From the NCBI GenBank assembly GCA_963802945.1, contig CAWDKY010000015.1, positions 448,001-512,000 on the forward strand: a stretch of DNA of 64,000 nucleotides, given 5' to 3'. The position numbers and the translations under genes are program-made. Numbering within the stretch: the first letter of the stretch is position 1; every line of letters starts with the position of its first letter. This document shows, piece by piece, positions 52,255 to 62,344 of this stretch. The notes beneath the pieces were generated by a model. The model was given only the letters and a program-made list of their open reading frames with translations, did not search any database and had not been told where the DNA came from. The DNA comes from an uncultured delta proteobacterium (GTDB lineage: Bacteria > Desulfobacterota > RBG-13-43-22).

Positions 52255-53820
52255 ATGAAAATGCAGGAAGCCATCAATGAACTGGAATCACGTCGTGAAA
52301 AAGCAAAACGGATGGGTGGTGAAAAGCGGGTGGCCAGACAGCACGCCCTGGGCCGACTTACCGCCCGGGAACGGGTGGATAAATTATTGGACCCCGACAG
52401 CTTTATGGAACTGGGTCTGCTGGCCCATGCCGATATCCCTGAACTGGAAGAGCAGAGTCCCGCAGACGGCAGGATATGCGGCACCGGAACCGTCCAGGGA
52501 AGACCGGTGGGCATTGTTTCTCAGGACCGGACGGTACTCGGTGGAAGCGGAGGGGCCGTGGGATCCCTGAAGGTCACCATCCAACATGAATTCGCCGTGG
52601 AAGGGGGATACCCTTTAATCGAGTTAGGGGATGACCTCGGTGGTGTCCGGATTCAAAATGTTATGGGTTCAAGAGGATGGGTGGGGGAATATCAGGGACG
52701 CGTTTCACGGTCCCGTCCAGTCCTGCCCTGGACCCGTCAGGTTCCTCGCATTGCCGCCATTATGGGAGAGTGTTTCGGTGAACCCTCCTGGAATGCGGCC
52801 TGGTCTGATTTTAATGTGATGGTCAAAGGCACGGCCATGGGGGCCGCCGGACCCAAGGCCCTGGAAAAAGCCATTGGTCAGAAAATAACCCCCCAGGAAC
52901 TTGCCGGCTGGGAGATTCAATCCCAAATCACCGGACAAGCCGATGCCATTGCCGAGGACGATGAGCGCTGTCTCGAGATCATCAAAGAGTTTTTGAGTTA
53001 TATGCCTTCGAACTGTCAGGAAGAGCCGCCGATCCTTCCCACCAAGGATGATTCCTATCGAAAATTGGACCGGGTGGAAAAAATTGTCCCGGTGGAATTG
53101 AACCGCGGCTACGACATGTATCGGTTTATTAAACACCTGGTGGACGATGGAAAATATTTCCCCCTGAAGCAGGCCTATGCCCCTTCTTTGGTAACCTGCC
53201 TGGCCCGGATGGGAGGAAGAGTGGTCGGCATATATGGCAATAATCCTATGTATAATGCCGGCGCGCCGGATGTCCCGGCTTGCGAGAAAGGGACTCAGTT
53301 TCTCTGCCTTTGTGATTCTTTCAATATTCCTCTTATTTCCCTCATGGATATTCCCGGTATGTTTCCCGGGAAGGAAGCTGAAAAATTAAAATTGCCCACC
53401 AAGATCATCGTCTGGCTGCAGGCGCAAAACATGGTTACCGTACCCAGAATCCATGTGGTCATGCGAAAATATTTCGCTATGGGTATTGTGGCCATGCATG
53501 GTTTTCGAAGAAGGACGGACATCACCGTCGCTTGGCCGAATGCTAAGATGAGCTTTGTAGATCCGGATATAGGTCTGAACCTGGCTATGGAAAGCCGGAT
53601 CGCCGGGGCGGCCGATCCGGAGGTGGAAAAGGCGCGGGTCCTTCAGGAATGGACGGAAGGAAGTGCTCCCTGGGGTGCTGCCGGTCTTTACGGGATACAC
53701 GACATCATTCATCCGGCCGACACCAGGAAATTCATTTGCCAGGCCCTGGATAGGCTCAGAGGGGCGAGAAAAAAAGTGCTTAGTGAGCATCGATTGCAGA
53801 ACTGGCCCGTGGGTTTCTGA
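52255..53820 (+). CDS. Acyl-CoA carboxylase/decarboxylase carboxyltransferase subunit
   Basis: GRLTARERV, GGVRIQ, LCDSFNIPL, DIPG, IIHPADTR. Confidence 0.88.
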   Translation: MKMQEAINELESRREKAKRMGGEKRVARQHALGRLTARERVDKLLDPDSFMELGLLAHADIPELEEQSPADGRICGTGTVQGRPVGIVSQDRTVLGGSGGAVGSLKVTIQHEFAVEGGYPLIELGDDLGGVRIQNVMGSRGWVGEYQGRVSRSRPVLPWTRQVPRIAAIMGECFGEPSWNAAWSDFNVMVKGTAMGAAGPKALEKAIGQKITPQELAGWEIQSQITGQADAIAEDDERCLEIIKEFLSYMPSNCQEEPPILPTKDDSYRKLDRVEKIVPVELNRGYDMYRFIKHLVDDGKYFPLKQAYAPSLVTCLARMGGRVVGIYGNNPMYNAGAPDVPACEKGTQFLCLCDSFNIPLISLMDIPGMFPGKEAEKLKLPTKIIVWLQAQNMVTVPRIHVVMRKYFAMGIVAMHGFRRRTDITVAWPNAKMSFVDPDIGLNLAMESRIAGAADPEVEKARVLQEWTEGSAPWGAAGLYGIHDIIHPADTRKFICQALDRLRGARKKVLSEHRLQNWPVGF

Positions 53821-53833
53821 CAGGCCATATTTT

Positions 53834-54020
53834 CCCTCTATAAAGGGAAAAAATGAAAACCGGCAATCCTCTGTAAAGAATTGACCCTTTATGACACCTT
53901 CTGTTTGAACGTCCCGTTCCACTTTCTTTTATTTTGTATTGGATGATAAAAGGGATGAGAAGGATCGGGTTAAATCAAAACCAATTGGACTAATGAAAAA
54001 ATAAGTTAAAAACAACATCC
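53834..54020 (+). repeat. ~190-bp duplication of 57191-57405, containing dispersed element copy 2
   Basis: Shared CCCTCT.TAAAGGGAAAAAATGAAA.CCGGCAATCCTCT.TAAAGAATTGACCCTTTATGACAC..GAACGTCCCGTTCCAC. Confidence 0.85.
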
Positions 54021-54089
54021 CATCTTATTAGAAAAACTCTTTGTATAAAAATGAAAAGGAAAACATGATAGACCTGATCCCCTTCTACC

Positions 54090-55607
54090 ATGAAAGAACA
54101 ACCAAAAAAATCTCCTGATTCCCATTTACCGGTCATAGTCGGCATCGGGGAAATCAGCGATCATCCCCCGGATCCAACTGCCGGGCTTGAACCTCTGGCC
54201 TTGATGAAGGAAGCCTTAAAACGGGCTGAACAGGACTCCGGAAAACCGTTGCTGGCGCGGATCGACTCTCTGGATGTGGTCTGCTTGGTGAGTTGGCGTT
54301 ATAACGACCCCGTGGGTGAGTTGTCCAAACGGCTCGGCCTTAAACCGGCTCACGCCGCTTACGGCCCGGTGGGCGGTGAAACCCCCCTGCGTCTTCTCCA
54401 TGACGCAGCCCAACGCATTGCCGCCGGCGAGAGCCAGATTGCCGCGATCTGCGGCGCCGAAGCCCAAAGCACTGTGAACAAAGCCATGAAGGCCGGCCTC
54501 AAGTTACCGTGGACACCCTATGCCTTCGATGCACCCGATCCCACACGAAACTCAGTTTATCAACGGCCTTTGGCCCTGGCCCTCGGAGTGGCCCTGCCGA
54601 CTACCGTCTACCCTTTTTACGAAAACGCCTTCGTTGCTCATTGGGATCAAACGCCGCGTGAGGCCCGGCGTGAATCTGGTATCCTCTGGTCGACCTATTC
54701 CAAGGTTGCCTCAAATAACCCGAATGCCTGGCTGAAACACTATTTTCAGCCCAAAGAAATCATCAATCCCACAACGGACAACCGGATGATCTCCTGGCCA
54801 TACACCAAGTTGATGGTGGCCAATCCGACTGTCAATCAAGGAGCGGCGGTTCTCATGACCAGCCTGGCTAGGGCGCGGATCGCCGGCATTCCTGAGGACC
54901 GCCTCGTCTATCTTCACGGCGGTGCCTGGGCGGAAGAGCCGTTCGACTATCTCGAGCGCGACGTTTATTTCGAGAGCCAGGCCCAGAATGCGGTGCTCGA
55001 TTCCGTACGGGGGTTTGTCGATGGCCATCTGTCCTTATTTGAGGCGATTGAACTCTATAGCTGTTTTCCTTGCGTTCCAAAAATGGCCCGCCGGACACTG
55101 GGACTGGATGACCATGTCCAGCCGACGGTAACGGGAGGACTCACTTTTTTTGGGGCGCCACTCAATAATTACATGACCCATGCGACTTGCGCTATGGTCC
55201 GCTGTCTGCGCGCTGGAATTAAGCTTGGACTGCTCTACGGACAGGGAGGGTATGTCACCAAACATCATGCCCTGGTGCTTGCCTCTCAGCCTCCTCCAGG
55301 AGGTTTGATGCAGAACAGGGACGTACAGGCCGATACCAACCGTCGACGGCGTCCGGTGCCTGATTTTTTGATGGAGGCAACCGGTCCGGGCTCTGTCGAA
55401 ACCTTCACCGTCGTTTACGATCTCAAGGGAGAAATCGATCACGGGGTCGTGATTCTTCGCTTGCCTGAAGGGGCAAGAACGATAGCCCGTGTCCCTCGGC
55501 AAGATCAAGGAACGATCCGGCGTCTCATTGATCTCGACCGGACTCCGGTTGGAACCTGTGGCCGGATCAGCCGGGCGGATGACGGAATTCTGGAATGGAA
55601 GATATGA
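54090..55607 (+). CDS. Atypical thiolase-like acetyl-CoA acetyltransferase
   Basis: PVIVGIG, YPFYENA, NRMISWPYTKLM, ELYSCFP, TGGLTFFGAPLNNY. Confidence 0.8.
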   Translation: MKEQPKKSPDSHLPVIVGIGEISDHPPDPTAGLEPLALMKEALKRAEQDSGKPLLARIDSLDVVCLVSWRYNDPVGELSKRLGLKPAHAAYGPVGGETPLRLLHDAAQRIAAGESQIAAICGAEAQSTVNKAMKAGLKLPWTPYAFDAPDPTRNSVYQRPLALALGVALPTTVYPFYENAFVAHWDQTPREARRESGILWSTYSKVASNNPNAWLKHYFQPKEIINPTTDNRMISWPYTKLMVANPTVNQGAAVLMTSLARARIAGIPEDRLVYLHGGAWAEEPFDYLERDVYFESQAQNAVLDSVRGFVDGHLSLFEAIELYSCFPCVPKMARRTLGLDDHVQPTVTGGLTFFGAPLNNYMTHATCAMVRCLRAGIKLGLLYGQGGYVTKHHALVLASQPPPGGLMQNRDVQADTNRRRRPVPDFLMEATGPGSVETFTVVYDLKGEIDHGVVILRLPEGARTIARVPRQDQGTIRRLIDLDRTPVGTCGRISRADDGILEWKI

Positions 55608-55741
55608 TAATGAGGCACTAAGTTAAATAGTCGCTCATTTAAGATATAATTTTGCATTTGTACAGGTTAGGAAAACCTCACCATCTTATCTGGAAATTCT
55701 CTGGTCGTGCGCAGTTTATTGAACTCACCTTTTTTTAGGGT

Positions 55742-55839
55742 GGATGATAAAAGAGAAGGGAATGATCGGATTTTTTCAAAACCGAGGGTTAAATCAAAAA
55801 CAACCGGCCTAATGGGGGTAAATAAGTTGTTTTAGAACC
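55742..55839 (+). repeat. Dispersed intergenic element, copy 3
   Basis: GGATGATAAAAG..GGGTTAAATCAAAA..AATAAGTTGTTTTAGAACC. Confidence 0.78.
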
Positions 55840-55855
55840 CAAAGGCCTCGTTTTA

Positions 55856-57148
55856 CTACGGCAGTTCAGATTGCAACAGCCATTTCCATAAGGGAACGAT
55901 TCGGATTTTGTTTTTGCCGGTTACGATTTCATCCTCCACCTCTGCGGTAATAAGGAGGGCAGAATGATTTCCCGTGGCAGCCATAGCCTCTACCAGACCC
56001 TGCACCTCCCTTTTTTTCACAGCCGGATCACTTATGTCATAACAAACATTGATGAGGGAATGTTTCCCCTGATCTGTAAAAAAGAAATCCACTTCTTGTT
56101 TTCCCTTAAAATAATATATTTCTTTACTCTGCCTCCTGAGTTCAAGGAAAACCAGATTTTCATAAACATGGCCGATATCAAGGGTCGGAGAGGGGTCTAA
56201 AAGTCGCTTAAATCCGTGATCGACACAATAGATTTTTTTGGGATTTCTCATCCCCTCCCGAATGGACTTTGAATGAACGGGAACGGTAAAAAGGGCGTAG
56301 GCATCTTCCAGATACCCCATGTAATCGTATATCGTATTCTTAGAAAGTTGAAGCCCCTGAGAACGCAGGTCATTAAAAAATTTATTATAACTTAACAGGC
56401 TGGCCAAATTAACAAAACAGTATTTCATCAGAAACCGCAGGACAAAGGTGTTTTTCGCTCCATGTCTTTCAACAATGTCCCGGTACATAATCAGTTCCAT
56501 ATATTCATGCAGGACTTTATCGCTGAATTCCGGTTTCAGTCCGATGGTTTCCGGGAAACCGCTATGGGTAATATATTCGGAAAGGGCGTGTTTGATCTTC
56601 GCTTCCGACCGGGAGGTATGGTCGTAATCCGGAATTTTCCAAAAACGAAGGAATTCCCTGAAGGAGAGCGGGAAGATCTCCAAGGGGATGGTGCGGCCTC
56701 GGAGCGAGGTGGCTATCTCCTTACTCATAAGTTTTGAGGAAGAACCAGTGATAAAAATCCGCGATTTCTCCGTATCGGCAAGCCGTCTTAGAAATTTTTC
56801 CCAGTTCGGAACATTTTGGATTTCATCAAAAAAGAAAAAGACCAGCTTATCTTTCTGGTCCGGATAGAGCTCATAATAACTCTGTAAAAATTCGTTCATA
56901 TCGGAAAGTTGGAGGGGGAAAAGCCGGTCATCCTCGAAATTGATATAGACCATGGAATGGGAGTCTATCCTCTCCCTTAACCGGCGAATAAGGGAATATA
57001 AGAGGTGGGTCTTTCCGCTGCGACGAACTCCCACGAGAGAGATAATTTTTTTAAGATCGAGGGGGATCTCTATATCACGGGGAATCACGTAAGAAAGTTC
57101 TTTTCCCTGGAAATCGGCAATCACCCTTTTCCAAATATCTTTTTTCAT
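55856..57148 (-). CDS. AAA+ ATPase (AAA_14 + DUF4143 type)
   Basis: GVRRSGKT, FFDEIQN, ITGSSS, GFPE, KKIYCVD, EVDF. Confidence 0.9.
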   Translation of the reverse strand: MKKDIWKRVIADFQGKELSYVIPRDIEIPLDLKKIISLVGVRRSGKTHLLYSLIRRLRERIDSHSMVYINFEDDRLFPLQLSDMNEFLQSYYELYPDQKDKLVFFFFDEIQNVPNWEKFLRRLADTEKSRIFITGSSSKLMSKEIATSLRGRTIPLEIFPLSFREFLRFWKIPDYDHTSRSEAKIKHALSEYITHSGFPETIGLKPEFSDKVLHEYMELIMYRDIVERHGAKNTFVLRFLMKYCFVNLASLLSYNKFFNDLRSQGLQLSKNTIYDYMGYLEDAYALFTVPVHSKSIREGMRNPKKIYCVDHGFKRLLDPSPTLDIGHVYENLVFLELRRQSKEIYYFKGKQEVDFFFTDQGKHSLINVCYDISDPAVKKREVQGLVEAMAATGNHSALLITAEVEDEIVTGKNKIRIVPLWKWLLQSELP

Positions 57149-57297
57149 ATTATTCTCCCTTTCTATAAAGACAATTTAACTCATTATTGTCCCTCTGTAA
57201 AGGGAAAAAATGAAAGCCGGCAATCCTCTTTAAAGAATTGACCCTTTATGACACGCTCTGTTTGAACGTCCCGTTCCACTCTCTCTTATTTTGGGGT

Positions 57298-57405
57298 GGA
57301 TAATAAAAGGGAAGGGAATGATCTGATTTTTTTAAACCCATTGGGTTTAACCGAGGGTTCAATCAAAAACAATCAGCCAACCGGGAAAAAAGTTGTTTTA
57401 GAACC
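57298..57405 (+). repeat. Dispersed intergenic element, copy 4
   Basis: GGATAATAAAAG..GGGTTCAATCAAAA..AAGTTGTTTTAGAACC. Confidence 0.78.
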
Positions 57406-57431
57406 AGCGTACCGTCCTATAAGATTTATGA

Positions 57432-58481
57432 TCAGACCTTGAGATCACCCTCATAAAGGGACCGGAGTTCCGGATCCATGGCGGCTAAACGGTTTTTGGC
57501 CTCTTCCGGAGACACTGCTTCCAGAGTCCCATCTGTATTCTGAACAATGACCCCGCCCTTGGTTAGAAGTTTGAGCCGTCTCTTCCTTTCTGCCTTATCC
57601 GGAACGCAGACGATCTGACAGTTTCCGCAGGTGGTGTACAACTTATGATTCATCATGGAATGATAGCGGCCGCCTTGACCTTCCGGCCTTTGGCCATAGG
57701 GGACACTGGAGGCGATTAAAAGATTCAGGAAAGGGGCATCTTCTTCCGGAATTGGGAAGCGCCCCGGAGACCAGGTAGACCATTTCCCTGAGCGATGAAG
57801 GCCGGTGTATCCTCCGCAGACATATTGGCACCTGGTGTAGGCCCGTCTTGCCGAATAGTAAAAGGTCCGGCCTCCGAGATGCAATTCCGTCATTTCTTCA
57901 GGATTCATCAGCCCCGAGGCACATACGGCCATACATAACCGACATCGGTCGCAATAATTATCCTCCTGGTTCAGCGGCGGCGTTGGGCTAAGCTCGGCAC
58001 TGGTGACCACGGCACCTAAAATGATAGCGGCGCCAAATTGATTGTCGATCACATTTCCGGACCAGCCGAAAGAGGCCACACCGGAGGCAACGGCCAAATA
58101 TCGAAGGCTGATGGGGGGAAACATATCAATCCGGCCCATTGGGGTGTCATCCCGATAGACATCATTTGCCGCCAGGGCGACAGCCGGGAAGCCTCTCTGG
58201 GATAAATTGTTGGCCAGTTTGACGGCAATACCGCTTGAAATGCTGTTGACCCTATTGTACTCTCGCTCGTAAGAAAGACGGTCCTTCTTGGCAAAGTAAT
58301 TGGGAATTGTTTTCTGGTCCAGGGTCAGGGAAAAAACGATGGCCGATTTGGCCTCCGGTAGAACATAGGTTAAATCAATAGACGGCGGTCCCCCGGCCAG
58401 GGTCTCCAAGGTGGCGATCCCGGATTTGTGGGCACCTTCCAAAAGAGGATATTCCAATACCAGAGATTGTAAATCTTTCAT
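57432..58481 (-). CDS. QueG-like (epoxyqueuosine reductase family) Fe-S protein
   Basis: LPEAKSAI, SLRYLAVASGVASFGWSG, CDRCRLCMAVC, CGNCQIVC. Confidence 0.72.
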   Translation of the reverse strand: MKDLQSLVLEYPLLEGAHKSGIATLETLAGGPPSIDLTYVLPEAKSAIVFSLTLDQKTIPNYFAKKDRLSYEREYNRVNSISSGIAVKLANNLSQRGFPAVALAANDVYRDDTPMGRIDMFPPISLRYLAVASGVASFGWSGNVIDNQFGAAIILGAVVTSAELSPTPPLNQEDNYCDRCRLCMAVCASGLMNPEEMTELHLGGRTFYYSARRAYTRCQYVCGGYTGLHRSGKWSTWSPGRFPIPEEDAPFLNLLIASSVPYGQRPEGQGGRYHSMMNHKLYTTCGNCQIVCVPDKAERKRRLKLLTKGGVIVQNTDGTLEAVSPEEAKNRLAAMDPELRSLYEGDLKV

Positions 58482-58909
58482 TTTTTTCTCCTGCTGCCAA
58501 ACTTCTCCGCGCAGGCAATACCCGCGCGCAATGTGCTCGAAACGAAGCTCTTCTTGACTGGGGGTCAGGTCAATTTTTTTAGGTGGCGAATTTCCTCCTT
58601 AAGGTTTGAAAAGAAATGTACCTAAAGTAATTGGGTAACAATCAGTTTATAAGAAGGTAAAGGGGGGGAAGTCAAGGGAAAAGGAAAAACGTTCGTCGTT
58701 CAGTCTTGGTAAATCTGGGGGTACTATGTTTTTTCAGGTTCAGGAAATTAGTATGTCCCCGGATTCGACGGATTTCGAAGTTTGACGAAATACAATAACA
58801 AACCGCCCCAGTTGGGCGGGTCGGTCTTCACGACATAGGCCTTGGCGTTGGTAAGTTTCATTTTTTCACCCTCTGATGGAAATAAGGTGTTTTAGGAATC
58901 GAAGCGGGC

Positions 58910-59680
58910 TTATCGGCCCTTGAACACGGGAGGCCTCTTCTCTATGAATGCTCTAACCCCTTCTCGAAAGTCTTCCGTTACTGCAGTGACGATTTCACCT
59001 TCATCGGCACTCTGAAGACCCGTTTGGAAATCAGACTCAAGCCCCTCGTAGACCCGGCGTTTGGTCTCCCTTATGGCTACAGGCGGGCCCTGGGCTATCT
59101 TGGTCGCCAGGGCCATCGTCTCCTTCTCGAGTTCATCAGCCGGGACAAGCTTATTAAGCACACCGATACGCTCCGCTTCTTTGGCCTCCAGAATATCACC
59201 GGTAAGCAGAATTTCCAGGGCTTTGCCCAGACCCATTATTCTCGGGTAGAGCCACGGTCCTGCCCAGCCTGAAGACAGCCCTCTTTTGATAAAAGCATTC
59301 ATGAATCTGGAATTCGGCGAGCCCACCCGCATGTCGCAGGCCAGCGCCAGTGCGCAGCCGCCCCCTACGGCGGCGCCGTTGACCATGGCGATAATGGGTT
59401 TGCGGATCATATGCAGTCTCCGAATGATGGTCGAGCCCATAACGTCTTGCCGGGGGGCACCGCCGCCGGGCATCTCGGTGACATCAGCCCCAGAACAGAA
59501 TCCTTTCCCGGCCCCGGTGATGATCACGACTCTCACCTCATCGTCTCGATCAACCTCCTCAAAGGCCGAAACCAATTCTTCAAGCGCCTTCTGGCTGATG
59601 GCGTTCATCCGGTTGGGCCGATTCAGGGTAATGACAGCGATGTGGTCTTTACAGGATAGAATGATGTCTTCGTAGTTCAT
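58910..59680 (-). CDS. Enoyl-CoA hydratase/isomerase
   Basis: TLNRPNRMNA, FCSGAD, VNGAAVGGG, EGVRAFIEKRPP. Confidence 0.92.
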   Translation of the reverse strand: MNYEDIILSCKDHIAVITLNRPNRMNAISQKALEELVSAFEEVDRDDEVRVVIITGAGKGFCSGADVTEMPGGGAPRQDVMGSTIIRRLHMIRKPIIAMVNGAAVGGGCALALACDMRVGSPNSRFMNAFIKRGLSSGWAGPWLYPRIMGLGKALEILLTGDILEAKEAERIGVLNKLVPADELEKETMALATKIAQGPPVAIRETKRRVYEGLESDFQTGLQSADEGEIVTAVTEDFREGVRAFIEKRPPVFKGR

Positions 59681-60302
59681 TTGATCCTCCTGGAATAAAG
59701 GTTTTATGGGTTCATGCTTACTTAATAGGAACTTATATCAAGTATAGTGAAGTATATCTAGAAGGCTACTTACTGGCAAGAGGAATTGTCCACTTTAAGT
59801 TGTAAGTCGGTTAAGCAAATTCTTTTTAATTTTTGCCAAAACAAGACCAGACCCCATTTTATTTTCAGTGGGGTACGAATCATTTTGGGTTCTGGGTGGA
59901 TGGGGATTTCGACAAGTTTGCGAAGAACACAATATCGATTGGCGTGTGGTATTAGTGTCGCGCTTAACAGCTTTTTTTTAAGGATAAAAAAGCCAGTTTA
60001 AGCCCATTTTTACCACGCATTTATCAAACAGTTCCCTATGAATCCAGTTTTTTCGTCTGGTAAGACCCCAATCCCTTTGTCCGGTCCAACCCCCATTCAA
60101 CCCAGGAAGGTTGATCCCCTGACCTGACCCGAATTCCGAGGAGATGATTGAAAAAGATGATTGACAGAGATATGAGGAAATGACACATATAAAAATATAT
60201 TCAGTCCTTAAAGCATCTATGTCTTCGAAAGGATGGATAGGGTGGAAAGGCGGTATTTGCCGTATCATTGAATTTATTCATAACCCATGAAAGGAGGAGA
60301 GC

Positions 60303-61076
60303 ATGTCACTGACACTTCGTCAAATCTGCCTGGTGGCCAGAAAGCTTCAACCTGCTATCGAAGACTTAAAGTCCATACTGGGGATCGAGGTCTGCTACGT
60401 CGATCCAGGAGTCGGGAAATTCGGTCTGGAAAACGCCCTGATGGCCGTTGATACGAATTTCATCGAGGTTGTTGCGCCAATTGCTGAAAAGACAGCCGCT
60501 GATCGGTATCTGGACCACCGGGGAGGAGAGGGGGGATACATGGTTATAACCCAGGCCGATAATGCCGAGATACAGGGCGCCTGCCGTGGCCGGGCCGAAA
60601 AGATGGGCATCCGGGTGGCCTGGGAAAGACAGCATGAAACAGGTCGTACCATGCAGCTCCACCCTGCTGATACGGGCGGAAGCTTTTTTGAGATTGATTC
60701 GGACGAGAGCAATGATCCACGGGGCAACTGGGCGGCTGCTGGAGGGAAGACCTGGATGAAACATATACGCCGGGATGTGGTTGAGGCCATCAAGGGGGCC
60801 GAACTCCAGTCGGATGATCCAACTCGCCTAGCCGAAAGATGGAGTGCCATCGCCGGTATTGCATTACAAAAGGATGCCTCCGGCCTTCTGGAAATGCCGT
60901 TAAACAACGCCGTGATCCGTTTTGTCCAGGCGATCGATGGACGGGGAGAAGGCCTGGGCGGCATCGACATCAAGGCTGTGGATAAAGTGAGATTACTCAA
61001 GGCCGCGGATGAGCGAGGTCTTAAAGTGTCAGAGGCACAGGTGATGATCTGTGGCCTTCGGTTTAATCTGGTTTGA
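60303..61076 (+). CDS. VOC/glyoxalase-like protein
   Basis: LRQICLVA, DPGVGKFGLEN, GGEGGYMV, QLHPADTGG. Confidence 0.75.
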   Translation: MSLTLRQICLVARKLQPAIEDLKSILGIEVCYVDPGVGKFGLENALMAVDTNFIEVVAPIAEKTAADRYLDHRGGEGGYMVITQADNAEIQGACRGRAEKMGIRVAWERQHETGRTMQLHPADTGGSFFEIDSDESNDPRGNWAAAGGKTWMKHIRRDVVEAIKGAELQSDDPTRLAERWSAIAGIALQKDASGLLEMPLNNAVIRFVQAIDGRGEGLGGIDIKAVDKVRLLKAADERGLKVSEAQVMICGLRFNLV

Positions 61077-61139
61077 GGGAATCATAATGTCAAAACATTG
61101 GATCATTGAACCTGGAAAAGATGAGGAGGGAATGGAACC

Positions 61140-62222
61140 ATGTCGGATGAGATTTATTACCAGTTGAGGGATATTCTGGACAAGTTTCCCAGGGGATTTC
61201 AGCAAACAGAATCCGGAGTAGAAATCAAAATCTTAAAGAAACTTTTTTCTGAAGAGGATGCCAGACTGGCGGTTCAACTTTCTACGGCTCCCGAAGAACT
61301 CGGGGAGATCGCCAGCCGCCTGGAAGGGAATATCGATGATCTGAGGCAAAGGCTGGAGGAAATGGCCAATAAGGGATTAATATTCCGACTAAGACGTCAG
61401 GGTAAGACTTACTATCGGGTCGCCCCCTATGCGATCGGGCTTTACGAATATGCGGTCAAACGGATCGACAAGGAACTGGCTTCCCTTTTTCGGGGATATT
61501 ATGAGGAATCCTATCTCAAGACCCTGGGATTCCATAACATTCCAGGATTCAAAGTCCTTCCGATTGAGCGAGGGATCAAGCCGGATAGCGTACTTCTGCC
61601 TTATCAAATGATTGAAGAAAGCATTCGGGGGGCAAGAAAGATCGCCGTTGCCGACTGTATGTGTCGTAAAGAGGCCAGACTGCTTGGGGAGTCATGTCAA
61701 CATCCGATTGAAAACTGCCTCAGTTTCGGCGCTGCCGCCGAGTATTATATCGAATCAGGGCTTGGCCGTGAAATAACCGCAGACGAAGCGATTAAGATAT
61801 TAAAAGAGGCCGACGACTCAGGGCTGGTTCATGCCGGGGCCAATTCAAAGCATCTTTCCAATATCTGCAATTGCTGCCCCTGCTGCTGCCTGGGGTTAAA
61901 GACCCTTACTCAAAAGGGAAGCTATCGGGAAAGACACTTCAATCCTATCTTTGAGCCCCTGATCGATGCGGATGCCTGTACGGCCTGTGAGGTCTGTGTT
62001 GAACGCTGCCCGGTTAAAGCCATATCCGTGGAAGAATTTGCCAGGGTGGATAGAGATAAATGCCTCGGATGCGGGCTATGCACCGGCCCCTGCCCGGTGG
62101 AGGCCATCAGCATGATGGTGAGGAAAGACGTTCGGCATCCCTTCGACAACGTGGCCGAACTTGGAGGCGCAGTCCTTAAGGCCAAGGGAAAAGCACCGCT
62201 GACCGTCAAGCAAAAAGGTTGA
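61140..62222 (+). CDS. 4Fe-4S dicluster protein with winged-helix-like N-terminus (paralogue 3)
   Basis: TESGVEIKILKKLF, CMCR, ICNCCPCCC, two ferredoxin motifs. Confidence 0.8.
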   Translation: MSDEIYYQLRDILDKFPRGFQQTESGVEIKILKKLFSEEDARLAVQLSTAPEELGEIASRLEGNIDDLRQRLEEMANKGLIFRLRRQGKTYYRVAPYAIGLYEYAVKRIDKELASLFRGYYEESYLKTLGFHNIPGFKVLPIERGIKPDSVLLPYQMIEESIRGARKIAVADCMCRKEARLLGESCQHPIENCLSFGAAAEYYIESGLGREITADEAIKILKEADDSGLVHAGANSKHLSNICNCCPCCCLGLKTLTQKGSYRERHFNPIFEPLIDADACTACEVCVERCPVKAISVEEFARVDRDKCLGCGLCTGPCPVEAISMMVRKDVRHPFDNVAELGGAVLKAKGKAPLTVKQKG

Positions 62223-62344
62223 TGATAAAGGGGCCACCGCTATTGTTCGCGGTTAGAGGACAGAAGAATAGGTTAATGAGAAAAACGGAATAGAGTGGGA
62301 TACGGATTATTTCAAGTTACGAGTGGATGGGGATTTCGATAAAC

